A stretch of 64,000 nucleotides of DNA, taken from contig QMZT01000002.1 of assembly GCA_003663325.1 (NCBI GenBank), positions 731 through 64,730 of the forward strand. Reading direction: 5' to 3'. Shown here piece after piece: positions 9,364-17,923 of the stretch (positions are counted from its first letter, which is position 1; the number at the start of each line of letters is the position of its first letter). A model generated the notes under the pieces. That model saw only the letters and a list, made by a program, of their open reading frames with translations, did not search any database and was not told where the DNA came from. The translations under genes and the position numbers were made by a program. Source of the DNA: Candidatus Aenigmatarchaeota archaeon (lineage in GTDB: Archaea > Aenigmatarchaeota > Aenigmatarchaeia > QMZP01 > QMZT01).

Positions 9364-9429
9364 TTCTTTCTATGTGAAAAGGAATAAATTATCAAAAAAT
9401 AAAAATTTAATTGATAATAGTTTAGTTAA

Positions 9430-9556
9430 GCCTCGGTGGTGTAGCCTGGCTATCATACAGGACTGTCGATCCTGTGACCCGGGTTCAAAATCGAAACCAC
9501 CAGCGGGTTTCGATGCATCCTGCAACCAATAAGCATGGGAAATCCCGGCCGAGGCG
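9430..9556 (+). tRNA. tRNA-Asp(GTC) with a 53-nt T-loop intron (position 59/60; intron 9490-9542)
   Basis: Acceptor GCCTCGG/CCGAGGC; anticodon stem CAGGA/TCCTG with loop CTGTCGA. The variable loop, T-arm and intron are identical to tRNA-Gly except for one base. Confidence 0.8.
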
Positions 9557-9591
9557 TTTAATTTTTATTTAAGCAAGGGAAAATAGAATTT

Positions 9592-10746
9592 ATGATAAAT
9601 ATGTTTTTATTTCTGTGTATCGTATTTCTCTTCACATTTTTAGTTGGAAGAATAATAGAGAGGCTCAGGGTCCCGTGGGTTTTTGCATCGCTAATCTTCG
9701 GTGCTATGCTCGCTATCTATAATCCCTTTGCTTCTATTACATCATCATCCCTATTCACATTCTTAGCGAGACTTGGCATGTATTTTTTGCTATTTATGAT
9801 CGGCCTTGAGTTAGATTTAAACCAACTTAAAAAGAAAGGAAGATTTATTTTTAAAGCAACGTTTTCCATTATTTTTTTAGAGGTTATTATCGGCGGTTCA
9901 TTTATACATTTTGTTTTTAGCTATAGCTGGATTGTATCTTTTCTCGTAGCCTTATCCTTCGCTACTGTGGGCGAAGCCGTACTAATCCCCATCTTGGATG
10001 AGTTCAAAATAATAAACACAAATCTTGGTCAGACCATAATTGGTATAGGTACATTAGATGATATAGTAGAAGTATTTACCTTGATCGTAGCTGTTGTTCT
10101 AATTGGTTCCTCTGTACGAACTACATTCCATATTGGCTTGATATTGGTATCCCTCTTTGTCTTATTTATCCTTACAATCGGATTTACAAAACTTAAGAAG
10201 GAAGGTAAAAAATTCAATTTCTTAAATATCGAGACCCTTTTTCTCTTCACGATCTTTGTATTCTTCTTATTCCTAGGTATTGGACAACTAGCAGAAACTA
10301 CTGCACTTGCTGCATTGCTTGCGGGGATTGGTATTAAAACATTTGCACCGGAGAGGAGATTAAAGCTTATAGAGTCGGAGATTAAAACAATGTGTTATGG
10401 CTTCTTCGCCCCTATATTTTTCTTATGGGTTGGTGTAACGCTAGATATAGGATATATTATAACGTATCCTTTGCTTGTCCTTTTAATTGTTATAATCTCT
10501 AGCGGGGCGAAATTGTTAGGGTCTTACATTATTGCAAGAAGAGAATTGGGTTTGAGGCAATCTATTTTACTAGGTATTGGTCTTTCTGTGAGATTTAGCA
10601 CGAGTATTATTGTTTTAAAAATACTGTTTGATAATGCTCTAATCAATGTAAGCCTTTATTCTATTATTATAGCCTCAAGCATGGTGTTCCAATTCCTTAT
10701 CCCGTTACTATTCTCTAATATACTTGCAAGATGGAAAGTAAGGTAG
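9592..10746 (+). CDS. cation:proton antiporter (CPA/NapA-KefB type Na+/H+ exchanger)
   Basis: About 12 TM helices; typical Na_H_Exchanger-family composition and length. Confidence 0.65.
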   Translation: MINMFLFLCIVFLFTFLVGRIIERLRVPWVFASLIFGAMLAIYNPFASITSSSLFTFLARLGMYFLLFMIGLELDLNQLKKKGRFIFKATFSIIFLEVIIGGSFIHFVFSYSWIVSFLVALSFATVGEAVLIPILDEFKIINTNLGQTIIGIGTLDDIVEVFTLIVAVVLIGSSVRTTFHIGLILVSLFVLFILTIGFTKLKKEGKKFNFLNIETLFLFTIFVFFLFLGIGQLAETTALAALLAGIGIKTFAPERRLKLIESEIKTMCYGFFAPIFFLWVGVTLDIGYIITYPLLVLLIVIISSGAKLLGSYIIARRELGLRQSILLGIGLSVRFSTSIIVLKILFDNALINVSLYSIIIASSMVFQFLIPLLFSNILARWKVR

Positions 10747-12561
10747 TTATTTTTTCGCTGCAATCTCAATTATTCTGGCATAGGCTGGTCTTGTTATTAG
10801 CACACCGACTAATATTCCAACTATTGTAGTTATAGCAAAACCCCTTACCAAACCAACGCCTACAAACATTAATGGAAACATTGCGGCAATAGTCGTGAAT
10901 GCAGCACCGAATATGATAAAGAATGCCCTCTTTATCTTATCCTTCAACCCATATATGATCTCCTTTTTTGTTGAACCATGTATAGTTTCATCCGCTATAA
11001 CTATCATATTATCCATACCTGTTCCTATGGCAGCTATTATACCACCGATTGCGGCAAGGTCTATAGTCCATGAACCAGGGAATGCTGCCCCCATTATAGG
11101 AATAAGTATGACAGCAAGCCATGAATTTATATCTATCTCCTCTTTCTTTACCCAATTGTATAACAGGAAGGCTATGCATAGTAACATTGAAAATAACCAC
11201 ACGCCGCTGTCATTTTTGGCTGCTATACCAAGTATTATCACGATCTCAGCTAAACCTGTAAAAATCATTGGTAAAACAACCTTGATATTTCTGTATTTGA
11301 TAAATACTATTACAACAACAACTAAGGCTGCAAGCAACGCCGCATTTATAGCTGAGGTTATAAATCCTTCCCCCAAGCTTGGCGAAATTATACCGATAGA
11401 AACAATCTCTAGGCTAACAGGCAATGCCCCTGAACGAAGTATTGTCTGCAATCTTAACTTTTCCTTAACAGCATCTTCCATTCTTTCTCTGCTACCCTCT
11501 ATTTGCGGCGTGGTATAGACCTTTCCACCAAGACTAGCTGCTATCCTCAATTCTGACATAAGCTGTTGGTCTATGTAAAGCTGTATCTTTGAATCCTTCA
11601 GGTAATACTCCCCGCTCATAAGATCCATTTGCTGAGGAATGCCAGCTGTTATCTTCGCAAACCTCTCAGCACCCTCTCTCGAGACAAGCACAACAAAATA
11701 AAATTGATAGTATCCTCTTCTGGGTATGACCGCAGAATGCTGTGGGTCTGAGTAAACGAGCTCTATATCTTTTCCTTCATAAGCGGTTCCAAGGAATATA
11801 AGCTCATCTCCGCTTTTGTTTATGTATTCAAATTTTATCCCATCCAAAACAAAGGAATCATTAAGCTCTAATGTTATATTGGAAACGGCTATTTTACCGC
11901 TGCTTTCGTTCAAAACCTTTACATCATACCTATTTTCCCCCAATATGAAAATTCCTTTTCCATCTTTCAAAAACACGGGCTTCGTTATCTTTGCAACAAA
12001 GTTTCCTTTCTGCGAAAGCAAGTTTTCAACAACATCTCTTCCTATTCCAGCGGCCTCTATTTGTATGAAATTCTCTCCAGTTATGGTTTTTATTGGATAA
12101 AACTTTATTTCCCTGAGCCCAAAAATATTGGCCCTGGTTTCTAAAGTTCCTATTATTTGTTCAATGACATCGGAGCTTACGTTGCCTTTTGGTTTCATTA
12201 ATATCCTCGTACCACCTCTTATATCAAGTCCAAAATTTATGTTTGTACGTTCAACATTCATCACATCTATACCTATCGTCTCGTTAACGTAAAGTTCATA
12301 GCTATTCTTAACCCTGCCTTTGTAAGCAACAATATTAACCTTGCCACTAATATTCTTTGTTAACCTTAGCCAATCATCAACATTTCTCACAACTTCCCCA
12401 TTAACGGAATATATAATATCTCCTTGCTCTAGAATATTCTTTGCTGGTGAAGTTTTGGATATGTATGCGATCTCTACGCCTGTATATTGGGGTTTAAGAA
12501 ATATCGCTAACAATGATGTAGCTAAGATTATAATCATCAGTATTATTCTCCAATTTTTCAT
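10747..12561 (-). CDS. secD: protein-export membrane protein SecD
   Basis: N-terminal TM, large periplasmic domain, C-terminal 5-TM bundle; overlaps secF (operon secF-secD). Confidence 0.8.
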   Translation of the reverse strand: MKNWRIILMIIILATSLLAIFLKPQYTGVEIAYISKTSPAKNILEQGDIIYSVNGEVVRNVDDWLRLTKNISGKVNIVAYKGRVKNSYELYVNETIGIDVMNVERTNINFGLDIRGGTRILMKPKGNVSSDVIEQIIGTLETRANIFGLREIKFYPIKTITGENFIQIEAAGIGRDVVENLLSQKGNFVAKITKPVFLKDGKGIFILGENRYDVKVLNESSGKIAVSNITLELNDSFVLDGIKFEYINKSGDELIFLGTAYEGKDIELVYSDPQHSAVIPRRGYYQFYFVVLVSREGAERFAKITAGIPQQMDLMSGEYYLKDSKIQLYIDQQLMSELRIAASLGGKVYTTPQIEGSRERMEDAVKEKLRLQTILRSGALPVSLEIVSIGIISPSLGEGFITSAINAALLAALVVVVIVFIKYRNIKVVLPMIFTGLAEIVIILGIAAKNDSGVWLFSMLLCIAFLLYNWVKKEEIDINSWLAVILIPIMGAAFPGSWTIDLAAIGGIIAAIGTGMDNMIVIADETIHGSTKKEIIYGLKDKIKRAFFIIFGAAFTTIAAMFPLMFVGVGLVRGFAITTIVGILVGVLITRPAYARIIEIAAKK

Positions 12562-13400
12562 GCACTCACCTTTCTTTCAATATACCATTTTAATATGCCC
12601 GCATTTTGCATCCAAGTATTCATTAAATCTACAAGCAAGCCAAATAATAAAACATTGGCAATGTTTGATAGTACAGAAGAGATAGATGATGCAAGCAGGG
12701 CTGTAACGGCACCTATTGTTGTGAAGCTCATAGTAAGCCCGGTTTTCATTGCCCTCTTCAGCTTTGCATCCACATCTTTCCCTTCCTCCTTTATGAGCCT
12801 TGTAGTAAGCAAGATATCAGTATCAACTGAATAACCTATAAGCATGAGCAATGCAGCAAGTCCGGCAAGCGAAAGCTCTATGCCGAGTATTTGCATAATA
12901 GCTATTGTAACTATTATATCTGATGCCGCGCTCAGCATAACAGCCAAAGAGGGTATGAATGTTCTGAATATGAAAAATACTATTATACCCATCATAACAA
13001 ATGCTATTATAATGGCTATCTGTGATTGACGCCAGAAAGATGCACCAAGTGCAGGCCCTATATTCTCCAGTGATATATCCTTTTTTTCTATCCCAAGCTT
13101 AGAAAGTCTTTCGATAAGCTTGTGCGTATCGCTTTCAGGTGGAAGTTCAATGATAAGCATATTCCCGCTTACGCTTTTTATTTTTCTTACCTTAAACTCA
13201 TCATAGCCTGCCAGAAGTTTCTCAATACTTTTATCGTTTATTTGAGGTGTGAGAGATACGGTTATAATGGTTCCCCCTTTAAGCTCTATCGATTTCTTGA
13301 AGAATTCACCCGTTACCATATAATTGGAAACGAGATACGCAGATGAGAGAATAAGCACAACAACAGGTACAAATATCAAAACTTTATAATCCATTTTCAT
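12558..13400 (-). CDS. secF: protein-export membrane protein SecF
   Basis: About 280 aa with N-terminal TM and C-terminal RND-like 5-TM bundle; upstream of and overlapping secD. Confidence 0.8.
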   Translation of the reverse strand: MKMDYKVLIFVPVVVLILSSAYLVSNYMVTGEFFKKSIELKGGTIITVSLTPQINDKSIEKLLAGYDEFKVRKIKSVSGNMLIIELPPESDTHKLIERLSKLGIEKKDISLENIGPALGASFWRQSQIAIIIAFVMMGIIVFFIFRTFIPSLAVMLSAASDIIVTIAIMQILGIELSLAGLAALLMLIGYSVDTDILLTTRLIKEEGKDVDAKLKRAMKTGLTMSFTTIGAVTALLASSISSVLSNIANVLLFGLLVDLMNTWMQNAGILKWYIERKVSA

Positions 13401-13461
13401 AACTTTAAATTTAACCCAAAATATTAAAAATTATTTTAATCAGGAAAAATTCTAATATTAT

Positions 13462-14199
13462 ATGGGCATTCTGAATGAGGTTGAAAGGGTAAAGAGTGGG
13501 ATAATAGGGCTTGATGAGAAGGTTGAAGGTGGGTTTGTTAAGGGGAGTGTAAATCTTATTTCTGGAAAGACTGGAACGGGCAAAACCGCTTTTTGTATGT
13601 CATTTATTTATGAAGGTGCTAAAAATTTTGAGCCTGGGGTTTATGTAACAACAGAGGAGCGTGTGGAGGATATAAAGAAGGATATTGAAGCTATGTTTAA
13701 TTGGGACATAGATAGTTTTGAAAGACAGGGCCTTATAAAGTTTCTTTCCATAAGACCGTTCCTCCCAAGCAAGAGCTTTAGTGATGATGAGATTGCGAGA
13801 CTTGTAAGAATGTATATATTCAATCTTTCCAGAAATATAGAGGAAAGCATAAGGTTTGTCAATGCAAAAAGGCTTGTTATTGACTCCATATCACTTATTG
13901 AAGCTTTTATAAAAGATAAGTATATAGCCAAAGTTGCCTTGATGCAACTCATCGATAAATTAAAGGAATACGGCGTTACGGTTTTGATTACCGGAACTAT
14001 ACCAGAGGAGAGCACAGCACTAACAGGTGAAGGTATGCTAGAATTCATAGTAGATTGTGTAATAAAGCTCGATTTTGTTCCAGTAGCTGAGGAATTTAAG
14101 AGAACTCTTACAATAAGAAAAATGAGACGAACAAATCATTCAACCTTTATACACCCTTTTGATATAACGAGGGAAGGAATAAAGCTTCTGGAAATATGA
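13462..14199 (+). CDS. KaiC/RadA-like RecA-superfamily ATPase
   Basis: …GLDEKVEGGFVKGSVNLISGKTGTGKTAFCMSFI… Walker A inside a KaiC-type domain. Confidence 0.65.
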   Translation: MGILNEVERVKSGIIGLDEKVEGGFVKGSVNLISGKTGTGKTAFCMSFIYEGAKNFEPGVYVTTEERVEDIKKDIEAMFNWDIDSFERQGLIKFLSIRPFLPSKSFSDDEIARLVRMYIFNLSRNIEESIRFVNAKRLVIDSISLIEAFIKDKYIAKVALMQLIDKLKEYGVTVLITGTIPEESTALTGEGMLEFIVDCVIKLDFVPVAEEFKRTLTIRKMRRTNHSTFIHPFDITREGIKLLEI

Positions 14200-14203
14200 T
14201 ACT

Positions 14204-14791
14204 ATGAGCATAACAAATAAGATAATATTGGTAAATATAGCAGTCTTTTTAGCGCAAATTGTATTTCCAGAAATAACTCCTATGCTTGCATTCATCCCAT
14301 CCATAGCAATTGCTAGCGCTTATTGGCAATTCGTTACATACATGTTTATGCATGCTGGCATTGGGCATATACTTATTAACATGTTCATACTTTACATCTT
14401 TGGTAACCCTGTGGAGAGGGCTTTGGGTGCAAAAAATTTTGTACTTCTTTATTTCCTCTCTGGAATTGGCTCTGCTATATTTTATATGTTGATAGCGGGC
14501 ATATCATCTGTATCTATGGTGGGGGCAAGTGGTGCTGTATTTGGTATACTAACTGCGTATGCCTTCATATATCCAAAAAGTATAGTGATAATATTTCCTG
14601 GTATACCTATGCCTGCATACCTACTCATAATTGTGCTTTTCTTAGTTGAAACATTCTTTGGTATTACAGGTTCTGAGCCAGGAATAGCAAACTTTGGACA
14701 TGTTGGCGGGATATTAACATCTGCTATAATAATGATCTACCTAAGGAGGTTTAAAAAGCATAGCTATGATTTTGAGTTTTTTTGGGAATGA
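14204..14791 (+). CDS. rhomboid-family intramembrane serine protease
   Basis: GxSG motif (…MVGASGAVFGIL…) and downstream His (…GHVGGILTS…) within six TM helices. Confidence 0.8.
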   Translation: MSITNKIILVNIAVFLAQIVFPEITPMLAFIPSIAIASAYWQFVTYMFMHAGIGHILINMFILYIFGNPVERALGAKNFVLLYFLSGIGSAIFYMLIAGISSVSMVGASGAVFGILTAYAFIYPKSIVIIFPGIPMPAYLLIIVLFLVETFFGITGSEPGIANFGHVGGILTSAIIMIYLRRFKKHSYDFEFFWE

Positions 14792-14827
14792 GTTAATACA
14801 TTTAAATTTATAATGGAAAAGTAAACC

Positions 14828-16048
14828 ATGTTTGGCGTGATTGAGAAGGCAAAAAAAGTTATGGCAAGCTATTATCTTTGTGATAACTGCTTGGGAAGAC
14901 TATTCGCCCTTCTCCTCACAGGTATGAGCAACAGGGAGCGTGGTGCAGCAATAAGAAAAGTTATCGCTATGGAGTATGAGGCAAAGAGGTTCAAAATAAA
15001 GAGAGAGAATTTTTATGGGATAAAATTTAGAAAAAAGCGCACAAGCGTTAAAAAACCACAATGCTATGTGTGCAAAAACATATTTGATAGTATTGATAAG
15101 TATGTAGAGGATGCTCTTTCTATTTTAAAACCTTACCAATTCTCAACATTTCTTGTCGGGATAAAGATGTGTGATGAGATTGTGATGAGAGAGGAGCAGG
15201 TATTGAGGACTTGTGGCAAAAGTTACGCTGAGGATATAAAATCTGAGCTGAGTAGGGAAATCGGGAAAAGAATAGAGTTGAGGACTTCTAAAGCGTATGA
15301 TAAGGATATGCCAGATATTACTATAATATTTGATCTCGAACATAACAAGATAGAGCTTGATGTCAGATCAATTTTTATCTATGGTGAATACAGCAAGCTA
15401 GTAAGGGGTATTCCTCAAACAAAATGGGATAAGTATGAGGAGAGTGTAGAGGATATAATAGCAAAACCTTTTATTAAAGCATTAAAAGGAAAAGGGCATG
15501 TGTTTCATGCAGCTGGAAGGGAGGATATAGATGCAAGATGCCTTGCATACAGGCCGTTCGTGCTGGAAATAAAGGGTCCAAAGAAAAGAAGGGTTGATAT
15601 AGAGAGTATGGCAAAGGAGATAAACAAAAGCGGAAAGGTGCTTGTGAGGAATCTAAAGCTAACAGAAAGGAGCAAGGTAAGGGCTGTAAAGAAAATGGCA
15701 ATGGATAAAATCTATAGAGTTGTGGTTAGTTTTAGGGACAGGGTTAAGAATATTGCAAGTGTTAAAGGCATCTTAGGCATAGTTGAGCAAAGAACACCAA
15801 GAAGGGTGTTGCATAGGAGAAAAGATATAAAAAGATATAAAAAGATAAAAAGCATAAAATGGAAAAAGGTAAATGATAAAAAATATATATTTGAGATATG
15901 TGCGGAGAGCGGCACATATATAAAAGAATTAGTAAATGGTGATAACGGTAGAACAAAGCCAAGCATAGCATACCTTTTAAACAATCCAGCAAAGGTTGAA
16001 AGCCTTGATGTAATAGGGTTTGGTGAGAAAGATGGTAAGAAAGAATAA
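14828..16048 (+). CDS. pus10: tRNA pseudouridine(54/55) synthase Pus10
   Basis: N-terminal Zn motif …YYLCDNCLGRLFA…; catalytic-Asp region …GREDIDARCLAYRPFVLEIK… characteristic of Pus10. Confidence 0.75.
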   Translation: MFGVIEKAKKVMASYYLCDNCLGRLFALLLTGMSNRERGAAIRKVIAMEYEAKRFKIKRENFYGIKFRKKRTSVKKPQCYVCKNIFDSIDKYVEDALSILKPYQFSTFLVGIKMCDEIVMREEQVLRTCGKSYAEDIKSELSREIGKRIELRTSKAYDKDMPDITIIFDLEHNKIELDVRSIFIYGEYSKLVRGIPQTKWDKYEESVEDIIAKPFIKALKGKGHVFHAAGREDIDARCLAYRPFVLEIKGPKKRRVDIESMAKEINKSGKVLVRNLKLTERSKVRAVKKMAMDKIYRVVVSFRDRVKNIASVKGILGIVEQRTPRRVLHRRKDIKRYKKIKSIKWKKVNDKKYIFEICAESGTYIKELVNGDNGRTKPSIAYLLNNPAKVESLDVIGFGEKDGKKE

Positions 16049-16316
16049 GGGTTTCCACAGAAGGACACGTAGAAAATTAAAGAAAGGGAGGAGGGAGAAG
16101 TTCAAGGTAACACCGTTCATAAAAAGATTTGGAATTGGCCAGAGGGTTGTAATAGATCATCTTCCATATTCATTGGATGGTATGCCTCATCCGAGATTTA
16201 AAGGAAGAAGTGGTGTTATAAGGGGCATAAGAGGAAATGCATATATAGTAGAAATAAGAGATGGGGACAAAATTAAAAATATAATCTCAAATCCCGAGCA
16301 TTTAAAGGCTGCGTGA
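16020..16316 (+). CDS. rpl21e: 50S ribosomal protein L21e (eL21)
   Basis: Basic N-terminus (…KNKGFHRRTRRKL…) and L21e core; followed by rpoF as in other archaea. Confidence 0.8.
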   Translation: MVRKMVRKNKGFHRRTRRKLKKGRREKFKVTPFIKRFGIGQRVVIDHLPYSLDGMPHPRFKGRSGVIRGIRGNAYIVEIRDGDKIKNIISNPEHLKAA

Positions 16317-16320
16317 TATA

Positions 16321-16650
16321 ATGGATGTAATGAGCGAAAAGGTCGTTTCATTTCTGTATGCAAAAAAAATACTTGAGAAAAGAGAGAAAAAGAAAGAACT
16401 TGGGTATGAACAAAAAAACGCATTAGAGCATTTAAGAAAATTTTGTACATTAACAGAAGAACAGGAAAATAAGATAAGGGATGAGCTTAAGGCTATGGGG
16501 AAGCTTAATGAAGAACAAATAGTGAACATAGTAAACTTTCTACCAACAACAATAGACCAGGTTAACATAATTTTCGCGTATGAAAGAACCATTCTGGAAG
16601 AGGAGGAGAAAAAGAAGATAATCGAAATAGTAAAGAATGTTGTTGGCTAA
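16321..16650 (+). CDS. rpoF: DNA-directed RNA polymerase subunit F (Rpo4)
   Basis: About 109-aa acidic helical protein in the conserved L21e-RpoF position. Confidence 0.6.
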   Translation: MDVMSEKVVSFLYAKKILEKREKKKELGYEQKNALEHLRKFCTLTEEQENKIRDELKAMGKLNEEQIVNIVNFLPTTIDQVNIIFAYERTILEEEEKKKIIEIVKNVVG

Positions 16651-16658
16651 GGGAGAGG

Positions 16659-17438
16659 ATGGTAAAGATTGCAATAATAGGTGGAAGCGGCCACATACTA
16701 GAGCATGGCTTTGAAATTATAAAAGAGGTAAAAATCTCAACACCATATGGAAATCCATCGGATAGTATATTTATAGGCAAGGTTAAAAATACTGAGATTG
16801 CTGTATTGCCAAGACATGGAAGGAATCACACAATACCGCCACATAAGATTAATTTCAGAGCAAACATATGGGCGCTGAAGGAAATGGGTGTGGAGAGAAT
16901 AATAGCAACTGCTGCTGTTGGTTCACTTAAAAAGGATTATATGCCCGGGGACATAGTTTTTCCTAATCAATTCATAGATTTTGGTAAGGATGTAACAACA
17001 TTCTATGACAGAAAGCGTGTCTACCATGTATCTCTTGCAGACCCCTTCTGTCCAACATTAAGAGAGGTTTTGATTAAAGTGGCAAAAAAGCTTAAGCTGA
17101 GGTATCATGAGAAGGCAACATATCTACGTATCTCCGGTCCGAGGTTCTCTACAAGAGCAGAATCAAAGATGTTTAGAAGGTTTGCAGAGATTATAGGTAT
17201 GACATGCGTGCAAGAAGCTATACTTGCTAGAGAGGCGGAGATTTGTTTTGCTGTTATTGCAAGTGTTACAGACTATGATGTATGGGCCGAGAAACCTGTT
17301 AGTGCAAAAGAGGTTATAGAGGTTATGAGAAGAAATAAAAGCGTTGTTGAAAAGATATTGCTTAATTCTATTGAAAGTATACCAAGTAAAAGGACATGTC
17401 CATGCAAGGACGCCTTGAAGAATGCCGCCATTGGTTAA
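16659..17438 (+). CDS. mtnP: S-methyl-5'-thioadenosine phosphorylase / purine nucleoside phosphorylase
   Basis: MVKIAIIGGSG… N-terminus, …RHGRNHTIPPHKINFRANIWAL…, …SGPRFSTRAESKMFR… PNP/MTAP-family motifs. Confidence 0.8.
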   Translation: MVKIAIIGGSGHILEHGFEIIKEVKISTPYGNPSDSIFIGKVKNTEIAVLPRHGRNHTIPPHKINFRANIWALKEMGVERIIATAAVGSLKKDYMPGDIVFPNQFIDFGKDVTTFYDRKRVYHVSLADPFCPTLREVLIKVAKKLKLRYHEKATYLRISGPRFSTRAESKMFRRFAEIIGMTCVQEAILAREAEICFAVIASVTDYDVWAEKPVSAKEVIEVMRRNKSVVEKILLNSIESIPSKRTCPCKDALKNAAIG

Positions 17439-17476
17439 AGCTATTTAAAAGTAACAGAGGATAATTATTAATGGAT

Positions 17477-17669
17477 GGGCCCGTAGCTCAGTCTGGTAGA
17501 GCACCGGACAGTTTGCTGGGTGATGCTTTTAACTCCCGTTAAAAGCGTGTTGAGCAAGGCAATGACAGGAAGACACCCGGGAGTCGCGGGTTCGAAGTAG
17601 AAAGTTTTAAAAACTTTTACAACTATATATAAGTTTAATCACAAAGAAGCGAAAATCCCGCCGGGCCCA
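17477..17669 (+). tRNA. tRNA (isotype unresolved) with two introns: about 60 nt in the anticodon region and 59 nt in the T-loop at 59/60 (17597-17655)
   Basis: Acceptor GGGCCCG/CGGGCCC, D-arm GCTC-AGTCTGGTA-GAGC, T-stem GCGGG…CCCGC interrupted after TTCGAA. Between CCGGA (17504-17508) and CCCGG (17576-17580) lie 67 nt, so an anticodon-region intron is present but the anticodon could not be read unambiguously. Confidence 0.6.
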
Positions 17670-17679
17670 AATTCAAAAG

Positions 17680-17922
17680 GTGGTTGCATCGATCGATATA
17701 TTAAAACATGATCTGGTTCCAGATTTTAGGATTCTTTCAGAAAATGAAAAGAAGGAGTTATTGGGAAGGCTTAGGGTTAGTGAGGACAAGCTTCCAAAGA
17801 TATTGGAGAATGATGTTATTGTAAAGAGGTTGGGGGCAAAGGTAGGGGATGTGTTGGAAATAAAGAGAAAGTCGCCAACAGCAGGCATTGCATTGTATTA
17901 TAGGATCGTGGTGAAGGGATAG
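17680..17922 (+). CDS. rpoH: DNA-directed RNA polymerase subunit H (Rpo5)
   Basis: …ILKHDLVPDFRILSENEKKELL… RpoH signature; immediately upstream of rpoB''. Confidence 0.8.
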   Translation: MVASIDILKHDLVPDFRILSENEKKELLGRLRVSEDKLPKILENDVIVKRLGAKVGDVLEIKRKSPTAGIALYYRIVVKG

Positions 17923-17923
17923 T

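Noticed and set aside
9281-9532. 83-aa ORF spanning the two tRNA genes
   Set aside because: Lies entirely over tRNA-Gly, the spacer and tRNA-Asp. Its composition is driven by the structured RNA sequence, and it is not a plausible protein.
9238-9556. Interpretation of the interrupted T-arms as split or permuted tRNA genes
   Set aside because: The 5' and 3' portions are contiguous, colinear and on the same strand. Removing a single internal block restores a standard cloverleaf, so an intron explains the data more simply.
10895-11518. Long antisense ORFs inside secD, carB, rpoA', mbhL and the S-layer gene (for example 10895-11518, 22750-23265, 35834-36430, 54527-55105)
   Set aside because: Each lies opposite a confidently assigned gene with strong motifs. 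They are typical shadow ORFs of AT-rich coding sequence.
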